Source of the DNA: an uncultured delta proteobacterium
GTDB taxonomy: Bacteria > Desulfobacterota > RBG-13-43-22
Length of the DNA stretch: 64,000 bases
Direction of reading: 5' to 3'
NCBI GenBank assembly: GCA_963743305.1
Contig: CAVUPH010000018.1
Location: forward strand, 32,001 to 96,000
Part shown: positions 9,636-19,552 of the stretch, piece after piece
Numbering within the stretch: the first letter of the stretch is position 1
Layout of the letters: every line of letters starts with the position of its first letter
The notes under the pieces: generated by a model
Told to the model about the DNA's origin: nothing
Database searches by the model: none
The model's input: the letters and a program-made list of their open reading frames with translations, nothing else
Program-made: the position numbers and the translations under genes

Positions 9636-10766
9636 ATGAAGAAACTGAAAAAAAACAAGTCGAAAATTCCGGTTCCGGCCAAGGGTAAAATCGCCGACCT
9701 CAACAGCTTACCCAAATTTTGGGCCAACCTCATTGAAAATTCTCCGGATGCCATCGTGGCCATTCGCAAGGGGGGGGAGATCATCATCTTCAACCGGGCG
9801 GCGGAAAAGCTTTTGGGCTATCGGGAGGCCGAGGTCATCGAGCGAATGAACATTACGGATATTTACCCTTTCGGCCAGGCCAAGGTGATCATGAAGGACC
9901 TGAGGTCCGCGGAATACGGCGGACCCGGTTTGCTGGAGAAGAGGGAATTCCTCCTACTGGATAAAAACGGTTGGGAGATCCCGGTCTATATTTCGGCTTC
10001 GATACTCTACGATGCGGAAAAGGAAATCGGTTCGGTGGGGGTATTCACCGATCTGCGGGAGAAGCGGGAATTGGAAAAGCAACTCCTGCGGACCGAAAAA
10101 CTGTCTTCCCTGGGCAAGATGGCGGCCGGGATTGCCCATGAAATCAACCAGCCGCTGACCGGTGTTTTAACCTTCGCCCATCTGCTGCTCAAGAAATTCA
10201 AGGACGATGAAGCGACCCGAATGGATCTGGAATTAATCGTTCGGGAAACCACCCGCATCAAAAAGATCGTTCAGGGGGTCCTGGATTTTGGCCGGGAAAC
10301 TCCGATGAAAAAAGAGTTACAGACCATCGAGGATATCCTGGACACCACCCTGGAGATCATCATCCACCAGGAACGTTTTTTCGGCATCAACCTGATCAAG
10401 AAATACGGCGCCGACATACCGCCGGTCATGGCAGACAGCAGCCGAATGGAACAGGTCTTTTTGAATATTATCTTCAATGCCCTGGAAGCCATGGGTGGTT
10501 CCGGCACGCTGACCGTTCAAACTCGAAAGACTTCCGATGGGGTCGAAGTCGACCTGAGCGATACCGGGCCCGGGATCCCCGCGGAGATCCTGGATAAAAT
10601 CTTCGATCCTTTTTATACCACCAAGGATTCCACCGAAGGACTGGGCATGGGCCTGGGTTTGGCCGTTTGTTACGGGATTGTCAAAAAACACAACGGGGAT
10701 ATCCAGGTAACCAGTTCTCCCGAATCAGGTACCACTTTTACCGTCAGGCTGCCACTTCTTGGGTGA
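9636..10766 (+). CDS. PAS sensor histidine kinase
   Basis: PAS (ENSPDAI, FNRAAE), H-box AHEINQPL, NALEAM, DTGPGI, GLGLAV. Confidence 0.92.
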   Translation: MKKLKKNKSKIPVPAKGKIADLNSLPKFWANLIENSPDAIVAIRKGGEIIIFNRAAEKLLGYREAEVIERMNITDIYPFGQAKVIMKDLRSAEYGGPGLLEKREFLLLDKNGWEIPVYISASILYDAEKEIGSVGVFTDLREKRELEKQLLRTEKLSSLGKMAAGIAHEINQPLTGVLTFAHLLLKKFKDDEATRMDLELIVRETTRIKKIVQGVLDFGRETPMKKELQTIEDILDTTLEIIIHQERFFGINLIKKYGADIPPVMADSSRMEQVFLNIIFNALEAMGGSGTLTVQTRKTSDGVEVDLSDTGPGIPAEILDKIFDPFYTTKDSTEGLGMGLGLAVCYGIVKKHNGDIQVTSSPESGTTFTVRLPLLG

Positions 10767-10852
10767 TATTTGACGAGACGCGCGAGAAATCCGTCTGACA
10801 GACGTTTTGCGAGGTTATCGGAATTGGAGAGTTCGCTTTCTGGGGTGGGCGC

Positions 10853-11974
10853 TTAAATCAAACCTTTCACTTTAAGTTCTTTAAAGATGAACTGCCCTTC
10901 ATTCAGACCCCGATAAATGGCGGCCGAGGTAATGGTGGCCGAGGTAACGGCATCGACCTTGCGCGAAAAGTGAAAGGGGTTGTAAATATATCGGCCGACA
11001 ATTCTTAGGCGCATCTTGGCGATATCGGCGTCATCCCAATTTTCATTACCGTATTTGGTCAGTTGAACAGGAATGAATTGAAGGATTTTTCCGTTGGCTT
11101 CGAAAGTGTATATAAAATGAGTATCATGACAGACGTCACAGGTGGGCAACTGGCTGACCACCTGGGCGAAGAGGCGCCGGCTTTCCCCGTCTTTTTCAAC
11201 GACCCCCGTATAAATGACGCGGCCCTTTTTGAGGGTAACTCTATCAAAGCCGGATAGCCGGCCCCCTCCCTCGGTAAAGGCCTCCTTCACCTTGGTTTGA
11301 ATCTCTTCCTCGCTGATGGGAGGCTTGAGGGTTACGACCTGGGCTTTGGTCCTTTCTCCTTTTTTCCGGATAGCGGCCAGCGTCATACCGGACACGGCCT
11401 TTAACTTTTCTAGCAACCCCTGAATGTCCTCGTTGACACCCAAGTGGGCATCCGCCACCAGGGCAGGTTTAGCCGTAGGATCTCTGCGGACGATAATTGA
11501 AAAGGGGGTCGGACTCCCGCCCACCGCCTCATGGAGGATATATTGGGTGTCGGGAATAATCGGGTAGGGTATCTGGAAATGATCGCGAAAAATTTTAATC
11601 TCCTCGTCGTCGTTCCCTACGGCGATCCCGATCATTTTGATTTGTTTCCTGGTGGCCGCCTTCGATTGTATTAACTCAAAGAGTCGGTTGTAGGAGGGGG
11701 CCTGTTTTTGGCAAGCGGCGCAATAGACGTTTAATATCTCCACCAAAATAACTTTCGCTTGAATATCTTTGATCGTAAAACGATCACCCTTGGGAATTCC
11801 CAAGTAGGCCCTGTCTTTGGCCTTTAGCGGTATTTTCAGGGCGGTAGCCGGAAAGTCGTCTCCGCCCTTGATGAATGTTTTTTCCTGGGCTCGGAGTTCG
11901 GCCGGCCCCCCGAAAAAAAATAAAAACATTCCAATGGCCACCAAGATCGGGATAAAAGCGAATTTTCTGGACAT
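10853..11974 (-). CDS. Exported TlpA/redoxin domain fused to a CxxCH-containing FMN-binding-like domain
   Basis: Signal peptide; CAAC thioredoxin motif; CDVCH; C-terminal VDAVTSATITS flavinylation-like motif. Confidence 0.7.
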   Translation of the reverse strand: MSRKFAFIPILVAIGMFLFFFGGPAELRAQEKTFIKGGDDFPATALKIPLKAKDRAYLGIPKGDRFTIKDIQAKVILVEILNVYCAACQKQAPSYNRLFELIQSKAATRKQIKMIGIAVGNDDEEIKIFRDHFQIPYPIIPDTQYILHEAVGGSPTPFSIIVRRDPTAKPALVADAHLGVNEDIQGLLEKLKAVSGMTLAAIRKKGERTKAQVVTLKPPISEEEIQTKVKEAFTEGGGRLSGFDRVTLKKGRVIYTGVVEKDGESRRLFAQVVSQLPTCDVCHDTHFIYTFEANGKILQFIPVQLTKYGNENWDDADIAKMRLRIVGRYIYNPFHFSRKVDAVTSATITSAAIYRGLNEGQFIFKELKVKGLI

Positions 11975-12181
11975 GGCGGGTCTTCCTTCCCTGTTCATCG
12001 GAGATAATCCTGCCGAATACTATTCACAGTCTCTATAATAGAGATTAGCGCAACTTCTTTTCTTGCCTCTTAACGGCTGGACCCCGGCGTTCGCCGGGGT
12101 GACGACTTTTGAGCCGAAAGGGATGACGCCGGGTCGATTAGGCATCTACTTTTTCGGCTGAGGGGACGGCGTCTGCGGCAC

Positions 12182-12769
12182 CTACCGCAGCAGGGACTTC
12201 ATTTCTTTGAACAATCCCGGCATGTCCTTATTGAAACCCAAATGCGTGCCGGTCACTTGAAAGGATTTTCCCCCCGCATCCCGGCGCACAATAATGGAAA
12301 AAGGGGCCGGTGGTCCTCCCACCGCCTTATGGAGGATGTAATCCGGATCAGAAACAATCGCGTAGGGCACCTGGAAGTGGTCTCGGAACTTTTTAATCTC
12401 GGGCTCCTCGTCCCCGACGGCGATGCCGATCATTTTGATTTTGTCCCGGGTGGCCGGATCCGATTGAATCATACCGAATAGTTGCTTGAAGAGAGGCGCC
12501 TGCTTTTGACAAGGGATACAATACACATCAAATATTTCCACTAAAAGGACCTCGGCCTTCAAGTCTTTGAGCGTAAAATGGTCGCCTCCCGAAATTCCCA
12601 GATAGGCCCGATCTTGGGCCTGGACCGGGGTTTTCAGAGCGACTGTCGGAAAGGCCTCTCCCTTTTTGATCACCTTTTTCTCCTGGGCCCGGAGATCATT
12701 CAGCCATCCGGATAACAATAAAATCACCCCCAACCCCAGGACCGCGAAACGCATGGATTTTTTAAACAT
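12182..12769 (-). CDS. Exported TlpA/redoxin family protein
   Basis: Signal peptide; YCIPCQKQAP; clear paralogue of the N-terminal half of 10853-11974. Confidence 0.8.
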   Translation of the reverse strand: MFKKSMRFAVLGLGVILLLSGWLNDLRAQEKKVIKKGEAFPTVALKTPVQAQDRAYLGISGGDHFTLKDLKAEVLLVEIFDVYCIPCQKQAPLFKQLFGMIQSDPATRDKIKMIGIAVGDEEPEIKKFRDHFQVPYAIVSDPDYILHKAVGGPPAPFSIIVRRDAGGKSFQVTGTHLGFNKDMPGLFKEMKSLLR

Positions 12770-13814
12770 GGGCAGTTTTTCCTCCTCTTGTCAGCTTATT
12801 TCCTGGCCACCGTCGGGAGACCAGCTTCCCTCCTTCCCGGGTCAGGAGCATGGCCGCCAGCCGCTCCTTCCGGTTTATCAAGGACAGCCCCTCTTCCGGG
12901 CCTAAAAGCAGGAGGGCGGTGGCCAGGGCATCGGCCGTTTCAGCCGAAGAGGCGGTAACCGTGCCGCTGACCGCCCGGGGGGGAGACGAACCACTTACCG
13001 GGGACAGGATATGATGATGGATTTTTTCCTGGTCAAAATAGACCATATAATTTCCCGAGGTAGCTACGGCCCCTTCCCGCAGTAAAATCATTTCCGGAGA
13101 CCTCGTTCCGCCGTTCGGTTCATAGACTGCTATTCGCCAGGGTTTATCGTCTCCCCGGCCCCCGAAGACCCGAAGGTCTCCCCCCGCATCCACCAGACCA
13201 TGTCGAATCCCCTCTTTCCGGAGATAGGCGCTGGTATCGTCGACGATGGTCCCCTTGGCAATGCCGTCAAGGGTGACTCCCATGCCTTCCTTGGAAAAAG
13301 TGATTTCTTCGGGGCGAACCTTCAGTGCGGCGGCGCCTACCCGGCTTAAGGCGTCCCGGACGGACGACTCCGCGGGAAGACGGCCTAATTCCTTTTCAGA
13401 CTCATAAAGGTCCAGTACAGGTTTTATGGTCACGTCAAAAAGACCCCCCGTCTGGGCATGGATGGCCAGACATTGCCTGAGCAGCCGATGAAGTTCAGGA
13501 GGAGGACTCGAAAGGGCCCCCCGTTCATTCAAATAGCTGAGAGCCGAACCCGGATCATGGCGATTAAATATTCGAATCATTGTTTCCATCCGCTGAAAGG
13601 CCGTTCCCAGGACGGACTGGGCTCGATCACGGGAGGGATCGAAAAGGGTAATGGTGACAAAGGTCCCCATCAGGTTCCGGGTCTCGGAGATTTGAGCCAG
13701 GGAGGAGGAAAAGGGACTCGTGGTCATGGGCGACGCCCAGCCTTTGACCGTCCAGCCGGCGCCCAGGAGGCTCAGGCCTTGGAGAAAGGCCCGTCGGGTC
13801 CATAACGTTTTCAT
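12762..13814 (-). CDS. apbE: FAD:protein FMN transferase, Tat-exported
   Basis: TRRAFL Tat motif; LMGT, GLFDVTI, LDGIAKG, DAGGD, VATSGNY, ADALATA. Confidence 0.92.
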   Translation of the reverse strand: MKTLWTRRAFLQGLSLLGAGWTVKGWASPMTTSPFSSSLAQISETRNLMGTFVTITLFDPSRDRAQSVLGTAFQRMETMIRIFNRHDPGSALSYLNERGALSSPPPELHRLLRQCLAIHAQTGGLFDVTIKPVLDLYESEKELGRLPAESSVRDALSRVGAAALKVRPEEITFSKEGMGVTLDGIAKGTIVDDTSAYLRKEGIRHGLVDAGGDLRVFGGRGDDKPWRIAVYEPNGGTRSPEMILLREGAVATSGNYMVYFDQEKIHHHILSPVSGSSPPRAVSGTVTASSAETADALATALLLLGPEEGLSLINRKERLAAMLLTREGGKLVSRRWPGNKLTRGGKTAHV

Positions 13815-13900
13815 AAGTTGTCTATCCTGTGAGGCGGAAATGAGGTTGGGCAGAAAGAGTTGCCGTCGGTCGAGGAGTTCATAGTCATAGAAGACGCCAT

Positions 13901-13934
13901 AAAAAAAGGCGGCGGGGTGAACCGCCGCCTTTTT
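13901..13934. terminator. Rho-independent terminator, possibly bidirectional
   Basis: AAAAAAAGGCGGCGG-loop-CCGCCGCCTTTTT downstream of 13959-14351. Confidence 0.8.
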
Positions 13935-13958
13935 CGGATTAATCGATTTCAGGTTGTA

Positions 13959-14351
13959 CTACGGCTGCAGGGTCCTCATCATTTCGTCTTCAGCCTTTTT
14001 GCTCCAGACGACCTTGCCCTTAACAGTCATCGTATCGACATTAATGGCACTGTATTTTTTGTTCACGGTCCCATTAACTTCGACGGTTTCCAAGAAGTAC
14101 TTGGCTTTGAGGCCCAGACCGATATTGGACAAATAATAATACTTCCCGTCGGCCGTAACCAACACAAAGTCTTTTTCCAGGTTGATCACCGGATCGGCCT
14201 TGTCTATCGGGCAGATGTAGCCTTTTAAGAGACAGGTTAACCCTTCAATCTTTCCCTTGACCGTTTCCGCGTTGACAATCATGGGAATCAGTAGAAATAA
14301 GACCAACAATACAGCCGGCACCAGCGTTTGCTTTTTGATTCCGTGCATCAT
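13959..14351 (-). CDS. Small exported hypothetical protein with two Cys
   Basis: Signal peptide (VNA-E), TCLLKGYICP, beta-rich; RBS GAGGTG. Confidence 0.75.
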   Translation of the reverse strand: MMHGIKKQTLVPAVLLVLFLLIPMIVNAETVKGKIEGLTCLLKGYICPIDKADPVINLEKDFVLVTADGKYYYLSNIGLGLKAKYFLETVEVNGTVNKKYSAINVDTMTVKGKVVWSKKAEDEMMRTLQP

Positions 14352-14382
14352 ATCACCTCATAATTTATAAGATTTTGTTTTC

Positions 14383-14415
14383 GGGGGAGGGAAAGGCCGT
14401 TAAGCTTCCCCCTCC
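14383..14415 (-). terminator. Stem-loop downstream of porin gene
   Basis: GGGAGGGGAA..TTCCCCTCCC inverted repeat. Confidence 0.55.
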
Positions 14416-14439
14416 CTCTGGTTTTCGTTTGGAGTCAGG

Positions 14440-15585
14440 TTAGAATACAAACTGGAACTGTACGCCGCCCAACCATTCCTTGCCCAGGTCGGGGTTGCCG
14501 GCGACGTTCGGGTTCTTCCCGTAATCATAATAGGTGAATTCCGGAACGACGTAGAAGCTCTCAGCGACCTTCCAGTTGACGCTCGCACCGTACATCATGC
14601 GGATGTTGTACTTGTCGCCCACATACACGTCGGTGTTTTCAGCCTTGTCGTAGCCGACGTATAAGTGAGGAATAACCGGGCCGGCGTTGAAGGCCAGGTC
14701 GACAAAACCATTCAACCCGGTGGTATCCTTAACCTTACCGTTAACTCTCTGGTATTGCTGGAAGCCACTTTCCAGGGCCAGCGGGCTGGCGATGTTCGCC
14801 CCGTAGCCAATCTGGAAGGTACCCGTAAAGGCGCCGGCTTTAACCACGACCGGCAGCACGGTATACCAGGAGGTCATGTTGTCGTCAAACCCGTTCGGTA
14901 AATTGTTCCATTTGACGTACTGATAATAACCGGCCGGCATCAGGGAGACCACGCCAAAGTTCAACCGCAGTTTGGCGGCGACCAGAGGGATGGTGGCAAA
15001 GGAGCGTTGATTGGTGTCGGTGTAGTATTGGGGCTGGACCAGAGAGATGTCATACCCGACGACCTTGGTAACATCCTGGGAGAAACGAACCTGGGTGTTA
15101 CGTTGATCATAAACAGTACCCCAACCGAAGCCGGCCACGTGGCCGCTGACCCCGAGGCCTAAGTTCTGACCGGCGGTCACGGAAAATACATGGCCATCGG
15201 TCTTGCCTGCTAAGAACGTGCAGTTTCCGAATTTATACCAGCCATACAGTTTGGCGCTTTCCACAAATTCGGCGCCACCGGAGAAATTTGTTTTCGTCGT
15301 CGCTTGATCGCCGGCCATCCGGAGTTCAAAATAGCCGCCCACGTTGCCGACTTCCATCGAACCGCGGACTCGGGAATGAGGGGGAACATTCAGGAAAAAC
15401 TCCGTCTGATCGGATTTTCCGTCGTATAATTCTTTGCTCCGGTTCCAGGCCCCGATATCGGTCAACATCAGAGCTCCAAAATAAAAATTGGTGTCCTTGG
15501 CGCCCTCGATCTTGAAAGCGAAAGCCGGAACGGCAAACATTACGGCCAGGCCCAAGACCAATGCGAAAATTAAAGTTTTTTTCAT
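14440..15585 (-). CDS. Outer-membrane beta-barrel (porin-like)
   Basis: Signal peptide (AFA-F), amphipathic Tyr/Gly-rich strands, C-terminal GVQFQFVF; strong RBS. Confidence 0.8.
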   Translation of the reverse strand: MKKTLIFALVLGLAVMFAVPAFAFKIEGAKDTNFYFGALMLTDIGAWNRSKELYDGKSDQTEFFLNVPPHSRVRGSMEVGNVGGYFELRMAGDQATTKTNFSGGAEFVESAKLYGWYKFGNCTFLAGKTDGHVFSVTAGQNLGLGVSGHVAGFGWGTVYDQRNTQVRFSQDVTKVVGYDISLVQPQYYTDTNQRSFATIPLVAAKLRLNFGVVSLMPAGYYQYVKWNNLPNGFDDNMTSWYTVLPVVVKAGAFTGTFQIGYGANIASPLALESGFQQYQRVNGKVKDTTGLNGFVDLAFNAGPVIPHLYVGYDKAENTDVYVGDKYNIRMMYGASVNWKVAESFYVVPEFTYYDYGKNPNVAGNPDLGKEWLGGVQFQFVF

Positions 15586-16006
15586 TGTCTCTTTTCTCCT
15601 TGTTAAGGTTGATCTCTTTTCTTTAAGTAAACAAACTCCTTGTTATTACTTATCTTTTTAGTACCAGCCGATGACCACCTCCCCTCCTGAACAGGATTCA
15701 CTCATTTTCGACCAGCAATTTATACGGTTAAGCCGTTGAAGTCAAGCATTATTTTGAATCCCGGGGCATTTTTTTTATCGGTTATTGGGGGGGGGGTAGG
15801 ACGGAACCAACCCCGTCCCGAGTTAACTTGGATAACGGTTTCTATTTATCGTAATTACAGGCAATTTCTCTTCATTCCCCAATTTCTTTACCGGGGATCC
15901 AGCGTTCCTTTAGAAAGGCCTGGATTTTCGCTCGGAAGCACCGCCTAAATGACGCTCTATTCTCTGATATTGTTACTATTTTTAGAGCAGTTAGGACTTC
16001 TTTAGA

Positions 16007-17275
16007 TTAAACCAGACTTTTGACTAATTGGCCTATTTTTTCAAAATCGTCGGTCCCGACCGAGAAGGATAGGCCCGCATTCAGGATTTGTCCGTCTCTG
16101 ACCATCTGTACTTTGATCACCGGGAGAAAATTTCCATCCCACTCCTCCAGTCCGAAGGACACTTGATAGGAAATATCGGCCGGAAAGGGTGGGCCGGCCG
16201 GAAGTGATTCTGTTTGCTGAGCAAAAAAGGTCTCTTTTCCCTGAGGCTCCAGGGGCCGGCAAAACAGACCGCTCCCCTGTTTTAACTGTTCCACGCAGTG
16301 ATTGCAGGAAAGGCAGGCGGCTTTTTGTCGGTCGCCCCTTTGCCAGCGATTGATCAAATCCGGCTCCCGGATAAAGGGCCGGCAGAGGGCGATGAAATCG
16401 GCGGTCCCTTCTTCCAGAAGGCGCCGGGCCGTGGGAAAAGACCGGATCCCGCCCACCAAAATGACCGGGATTTGGAGCTGCTGCTTGAAGGCCCGGGCTT
16501 CGTTTCGGAAAAAGGCCGGGTCTTCCTCGCCGCTGTTTTTATCCCGGAGCAGGTTGGGCAAGTTCAACAGGCCGCCGCTGATCTCCAGGGCATCGACGCC
16601 GGCCGCCTCCAGCCGCCGGCCTACCTGGATGGATTCCTCCAACCGGAGTCCATCCTCGATCAGGTCCCGGCTGTTGATTTTCACCAAGAGGGGGTACTCG
16701 GGGTGAAGCTGTCCCCGGACGGCCTCTGCTACTTCCACCAGGGCCCGGGCCCGGTTTTCTATCGAACCGCCGTACTCATCGCTGCGGGGATTGTAACGGG
16801 GGCAGAGGAGCTGGCTCAGGAAGAAGCCGTGAGCGGCCAGGATCTGAATCCCGTCGAACCCGGCTTGCTCTGCTCGGCAGGCGGCCCGGGCAAAGGCCGT
16901 GCCGACCGCCCGGATATCCTCCGGGGTCATTTGGCTCACCCGGGACCTGGAGAGATAGGCTCCCCCATAATTAAGCTGCAGGACGATCCGGCCGCCCCGG
17001 TCATGGACAGCCCGGGTCAATTGTTGGAGTCCGGGGAGCAGGTCGTCCGAATAACTGCCGAGCTGCCGGGGCGAATGTTTCCCCGAGGGGTGGACATAAC
17101 TATGACCGGTGATGATCAGACCCACCCCACCGTCGGCCAGGGCACGGTACAGATCGATCAGGGGCGCGGTAACCGACCCGTCCTCGGCCGCCATTCCCTC
17201 CCAGGTGGCCGAGCGCACAAAACGGTTTTTTAAGGTCAGGCCGTTTATCCGACCGGGCTCAAACAAGGGTTCCAT
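16007..17275 (-). CDS. NADH:flavin oxidoreductase (old yellow enzyme family) with C-terminal extension
   Basis: LKNRFVRSAT, AGFDGIQILAAHGFFLSQ, YGGSIENRAR, CRPFIREP, CLSCNHC. Confidence 0.9.
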   Translation of the reverse strand: MEPLFEPGRINGLTLKNRFVRSATWEGMAAEDGSVTAPLIDLYRALADGGVGLIITGHSYVHPSGKHSPRQLGSYSDDLLPGLQQLTRAVHDRGGRIVLQLNYGGAYLSRSRVSQMTPEDIRAVGTAFARAACRAEQAGFDGIQILAAHGFFLSQLLCPRYNPRSDEYGGSIENRARALVEVAEAVRGQLHPEYPLLVKINSRDLIEDGLRLEESIQVGRRLEAAGVDALEISGGLLNLPNLLRDKNSGEEDPAFFRNEARAFKQQLQIPVILVGGIRSFPTARRLLEEGTADFIALCRPFIREPDLINRWQRGDRQKAACLSCNHCVEQLKQGSGLFCRPLEPQGKETFFAQQTESLPAGPPFPADISYQVSFGLEEWDGNFLPVIKVQMVRDGQILNAGLSFSVGTDDFEKIGQLVKSLV

Positions 17276-18484
17276 TCACCCTGCTCCTCTTCAATGACCC
17301 GAATGGTCTGGCGCGCGATCTCCAGTCCCTCATCGGTCGGGATGACCAGCACTTTAGTCGGGAGACCTTCCAGGTGTATTTCGGAAATACTCCCGAAGAG
17401 GCCCGGTTTTTTGCTTGATCCACGGCAATGCCCAGGTGTTCCAGTCCCTGGCAGACCTTCTCGCGCATCACCGGAACATTCTCTCCAATGCCGCCGGTGA
17501 AGACGAGGGCATCGATCCGACCGAGGATCGCCACGTAAGCGCCGATATATTTCTTGATCCGGTAGCAAAACAGGTCGGCCGCCAGCCGGGCCCGCACATT
17601 TCCCTGGTTTTCCAGTTCGAGGATTTCCCGCATGTCGCTCACCCCGCCGAGACCTTTGAGCCCGCTCTGGGAATAAAGGAGCCTCTCCAGCTCTTCCGGA
17701 GACATCCCGGTCTCCCGCAGCAGATAGAAGTGCAGGGCCGGGTCGAGGTCGCCGCAGCGCGTTCCCATGACCAGGCCTTCCAGCGGGGTGAGCCCCATGG
17801 AGGTATCCACGCTCCGGCCGTTTTTTATAGCCGTGGCGCTGGCCCCGTTGCCCAGATGCAGGGTGATGACGGTGGTTTCCTCCAGGGCCTTCCCCAGATG
17901 TCTGGCCGCTTCTTTGGCCACAAAATAATGGGAAGTGCCGTGGAACCCATAGCGGCGGACATGAAAGCGCTCATAGAAATCGTAGGGGAGCGCGTAGTGA
18001 TAGGCCTGGGGGGGAAGGGTCTGGTGAAACATGGTGTCAAAGACGGCCACCTGGGGGACCTGGGGAAAGGTTTCCCTGAGAAACTCGATGCCCAGAAGGT
18101 TGGCCGGGTTGTGGAGCGGGGCCAGCGGGATGAGCCGGCGAATAGCGGCGATGACCTGCTCGGTGATCAGGGTCGGTTCCCGGAACAGCTCGCCGCCGTG
18201 GACTACCCGGTGCCCGATGCCGAAAAGTTCCGACCCCCCGGTAATGATCTTATCCCGGGCGTTCACCCGACCGATCAGCTCAAATCCCCGGACGTGATCC
18301 GCCACCGGTTCTCCGTTTTCGAGGGCCTGGAAGGGGCCGTCTTTCGGCGTCGGCGCTGAATCAAACGGGCCTCCGGGCTGCCGATCTTTTCCAGCAGTCC
18401 GCTCGGGAGCAGTCGGCAGCCCTTCCTCTCAAAGACCTCGTATTTGATGGAGGAACTGCCGCAGTTGATTACCAGAAGTTTCAT
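17245..18484 (-). pseudogene. ackA: Acetate kinase split by two frameshifts (error or decay)
   Basis: INCGSSSIK (18484 frame); GHRVVHGG, APLHNP, YGFHGTSH, FTGGIGEN (18305 frame); VIPTDE (17568 frame). Confidence 0.88.
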
Positions 18485-18523
18485 GAGTGTTCGACCGATA
18501 AAGGCAACCGACCGGGGCGGGCA

Positions 18524-19552
18524 CTACGATGGAAACAGGGTTGTGCCGGCGGACCGCAGGTCGCTGACCGCCCGCTTCACCCGCTCGGCCATGGCCCCTT
18601 CCGCTTCGGACAGATAGGTGCGGGGATCGTAGGCCTTTTTGTTGCCCATTTCGCCGTCCACCTTCAGCACCTCGTGGTAATGCCGAAACATATGGTGCAC
18701 GACCTGCCGGGTGAAGGCGTACTGGGTGTCGGTGTCGACATTCATTTTAACCACGCCGTAGTCAATGGCCTCGTGGATGTCGGCCAGTTCCGAGCCCGAG
18801 CCGCCGTGGAAGACCAGGTAGAAGCGGGCCTCCTCGCCGTACTGTTTGACCACCGCTTCCTGACAGTCCCGCAGGATGGAGGGTTTCAATTTGACTGCCC
18901 CGGGCTTGTATACGCCGTGCACGTTTCCAAAGGTGGCCGCCAGCAGGTAGCGGGCCCCTTTTAAGGCATTGAGGCGTCGGGCGACCTCCAGGGTATCCTC
19001 GGGGGTGGTGTAGAGCTTGGCCGAGGCCTCGGCCTTGATGCCGTCTTCCTCCCCTCCGACCACCCCGGCTTCGATTTCCAGAATCAATTCGTTTTTTTGA
19101 AACCGCTCCAGCAGCTTGATGGAAATATCCAGGTTGTCTTTCAGAGGCAGGGCGCTGCCGTCGAACATGTGGCTGCTGAAGAGGTTGGGCCTTCCGGCGG
19201 CCCGCCGCCGCTCCGTTTCCTCCACCAGCGGAAGGACATAGTGATCCAGCTTGTCCGCCTGGCAGTGGTCGGTGTGCAGGGCCACATAGATCGGATAGCG
19301 TTCAGCCGCCCGGTGAACATGTTCGGCGATGGAGATCGCCCCCAGGACCATGTCCTTGACCGACGACCCGGAGGCGAAGGCGGCGCCCCCGGTGGAAACC
19401 TGGATGATACCGTCGCTTTGGCTTTCCGCCAGCCCTTTCAGGACGGCGTTGGCCGTGGTCAGGGAAGTGACGTTGATGGCCGGGTAGGCGAAGCGCCCCT
19501 CACGGGCACGATCGAGCATTTTACAGTAGGTCTGGTAATCGGCAACCGGCAT
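18524..19552 (-). CDS. fbaA: Class II fructose-bisphosphate aldolase
   Basis: YPAINVTS, ALHTDHC, HMFDGS, FGNVHGVYKPG, VFHGGSGS. Confidence 0.95.
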   Translation of the reverse strand: MPVADYQTYCKMLDRAREGRFAYPAINVTSLTTANAVLKGLAESQSDGIIQVSTGGAAFASGSSVKDMVLGAISIAEHVHRAAERYPIYVALHTDHCQADKLDHYVLPLVEETERRRAAGRPNLFSSHMFDGSALPLKDNLDISIKLLERFQKNELILEIEAGVVGGEEDGIKAEASAKLYTTPEDTLEVARRLNALKGARYLLAATFGNVHGVYKPGAVKLKPSILRDCQEAVVKQYGEEARFYLVFHGGSGSELADIHEAIDYGVVKMNVDTDTQYAFTRQVVHHMFRHYHEVLKVDGEMGNKKAYDPRTYLSEAEGAMAERVKRAVSDLRSAGTTLFPS

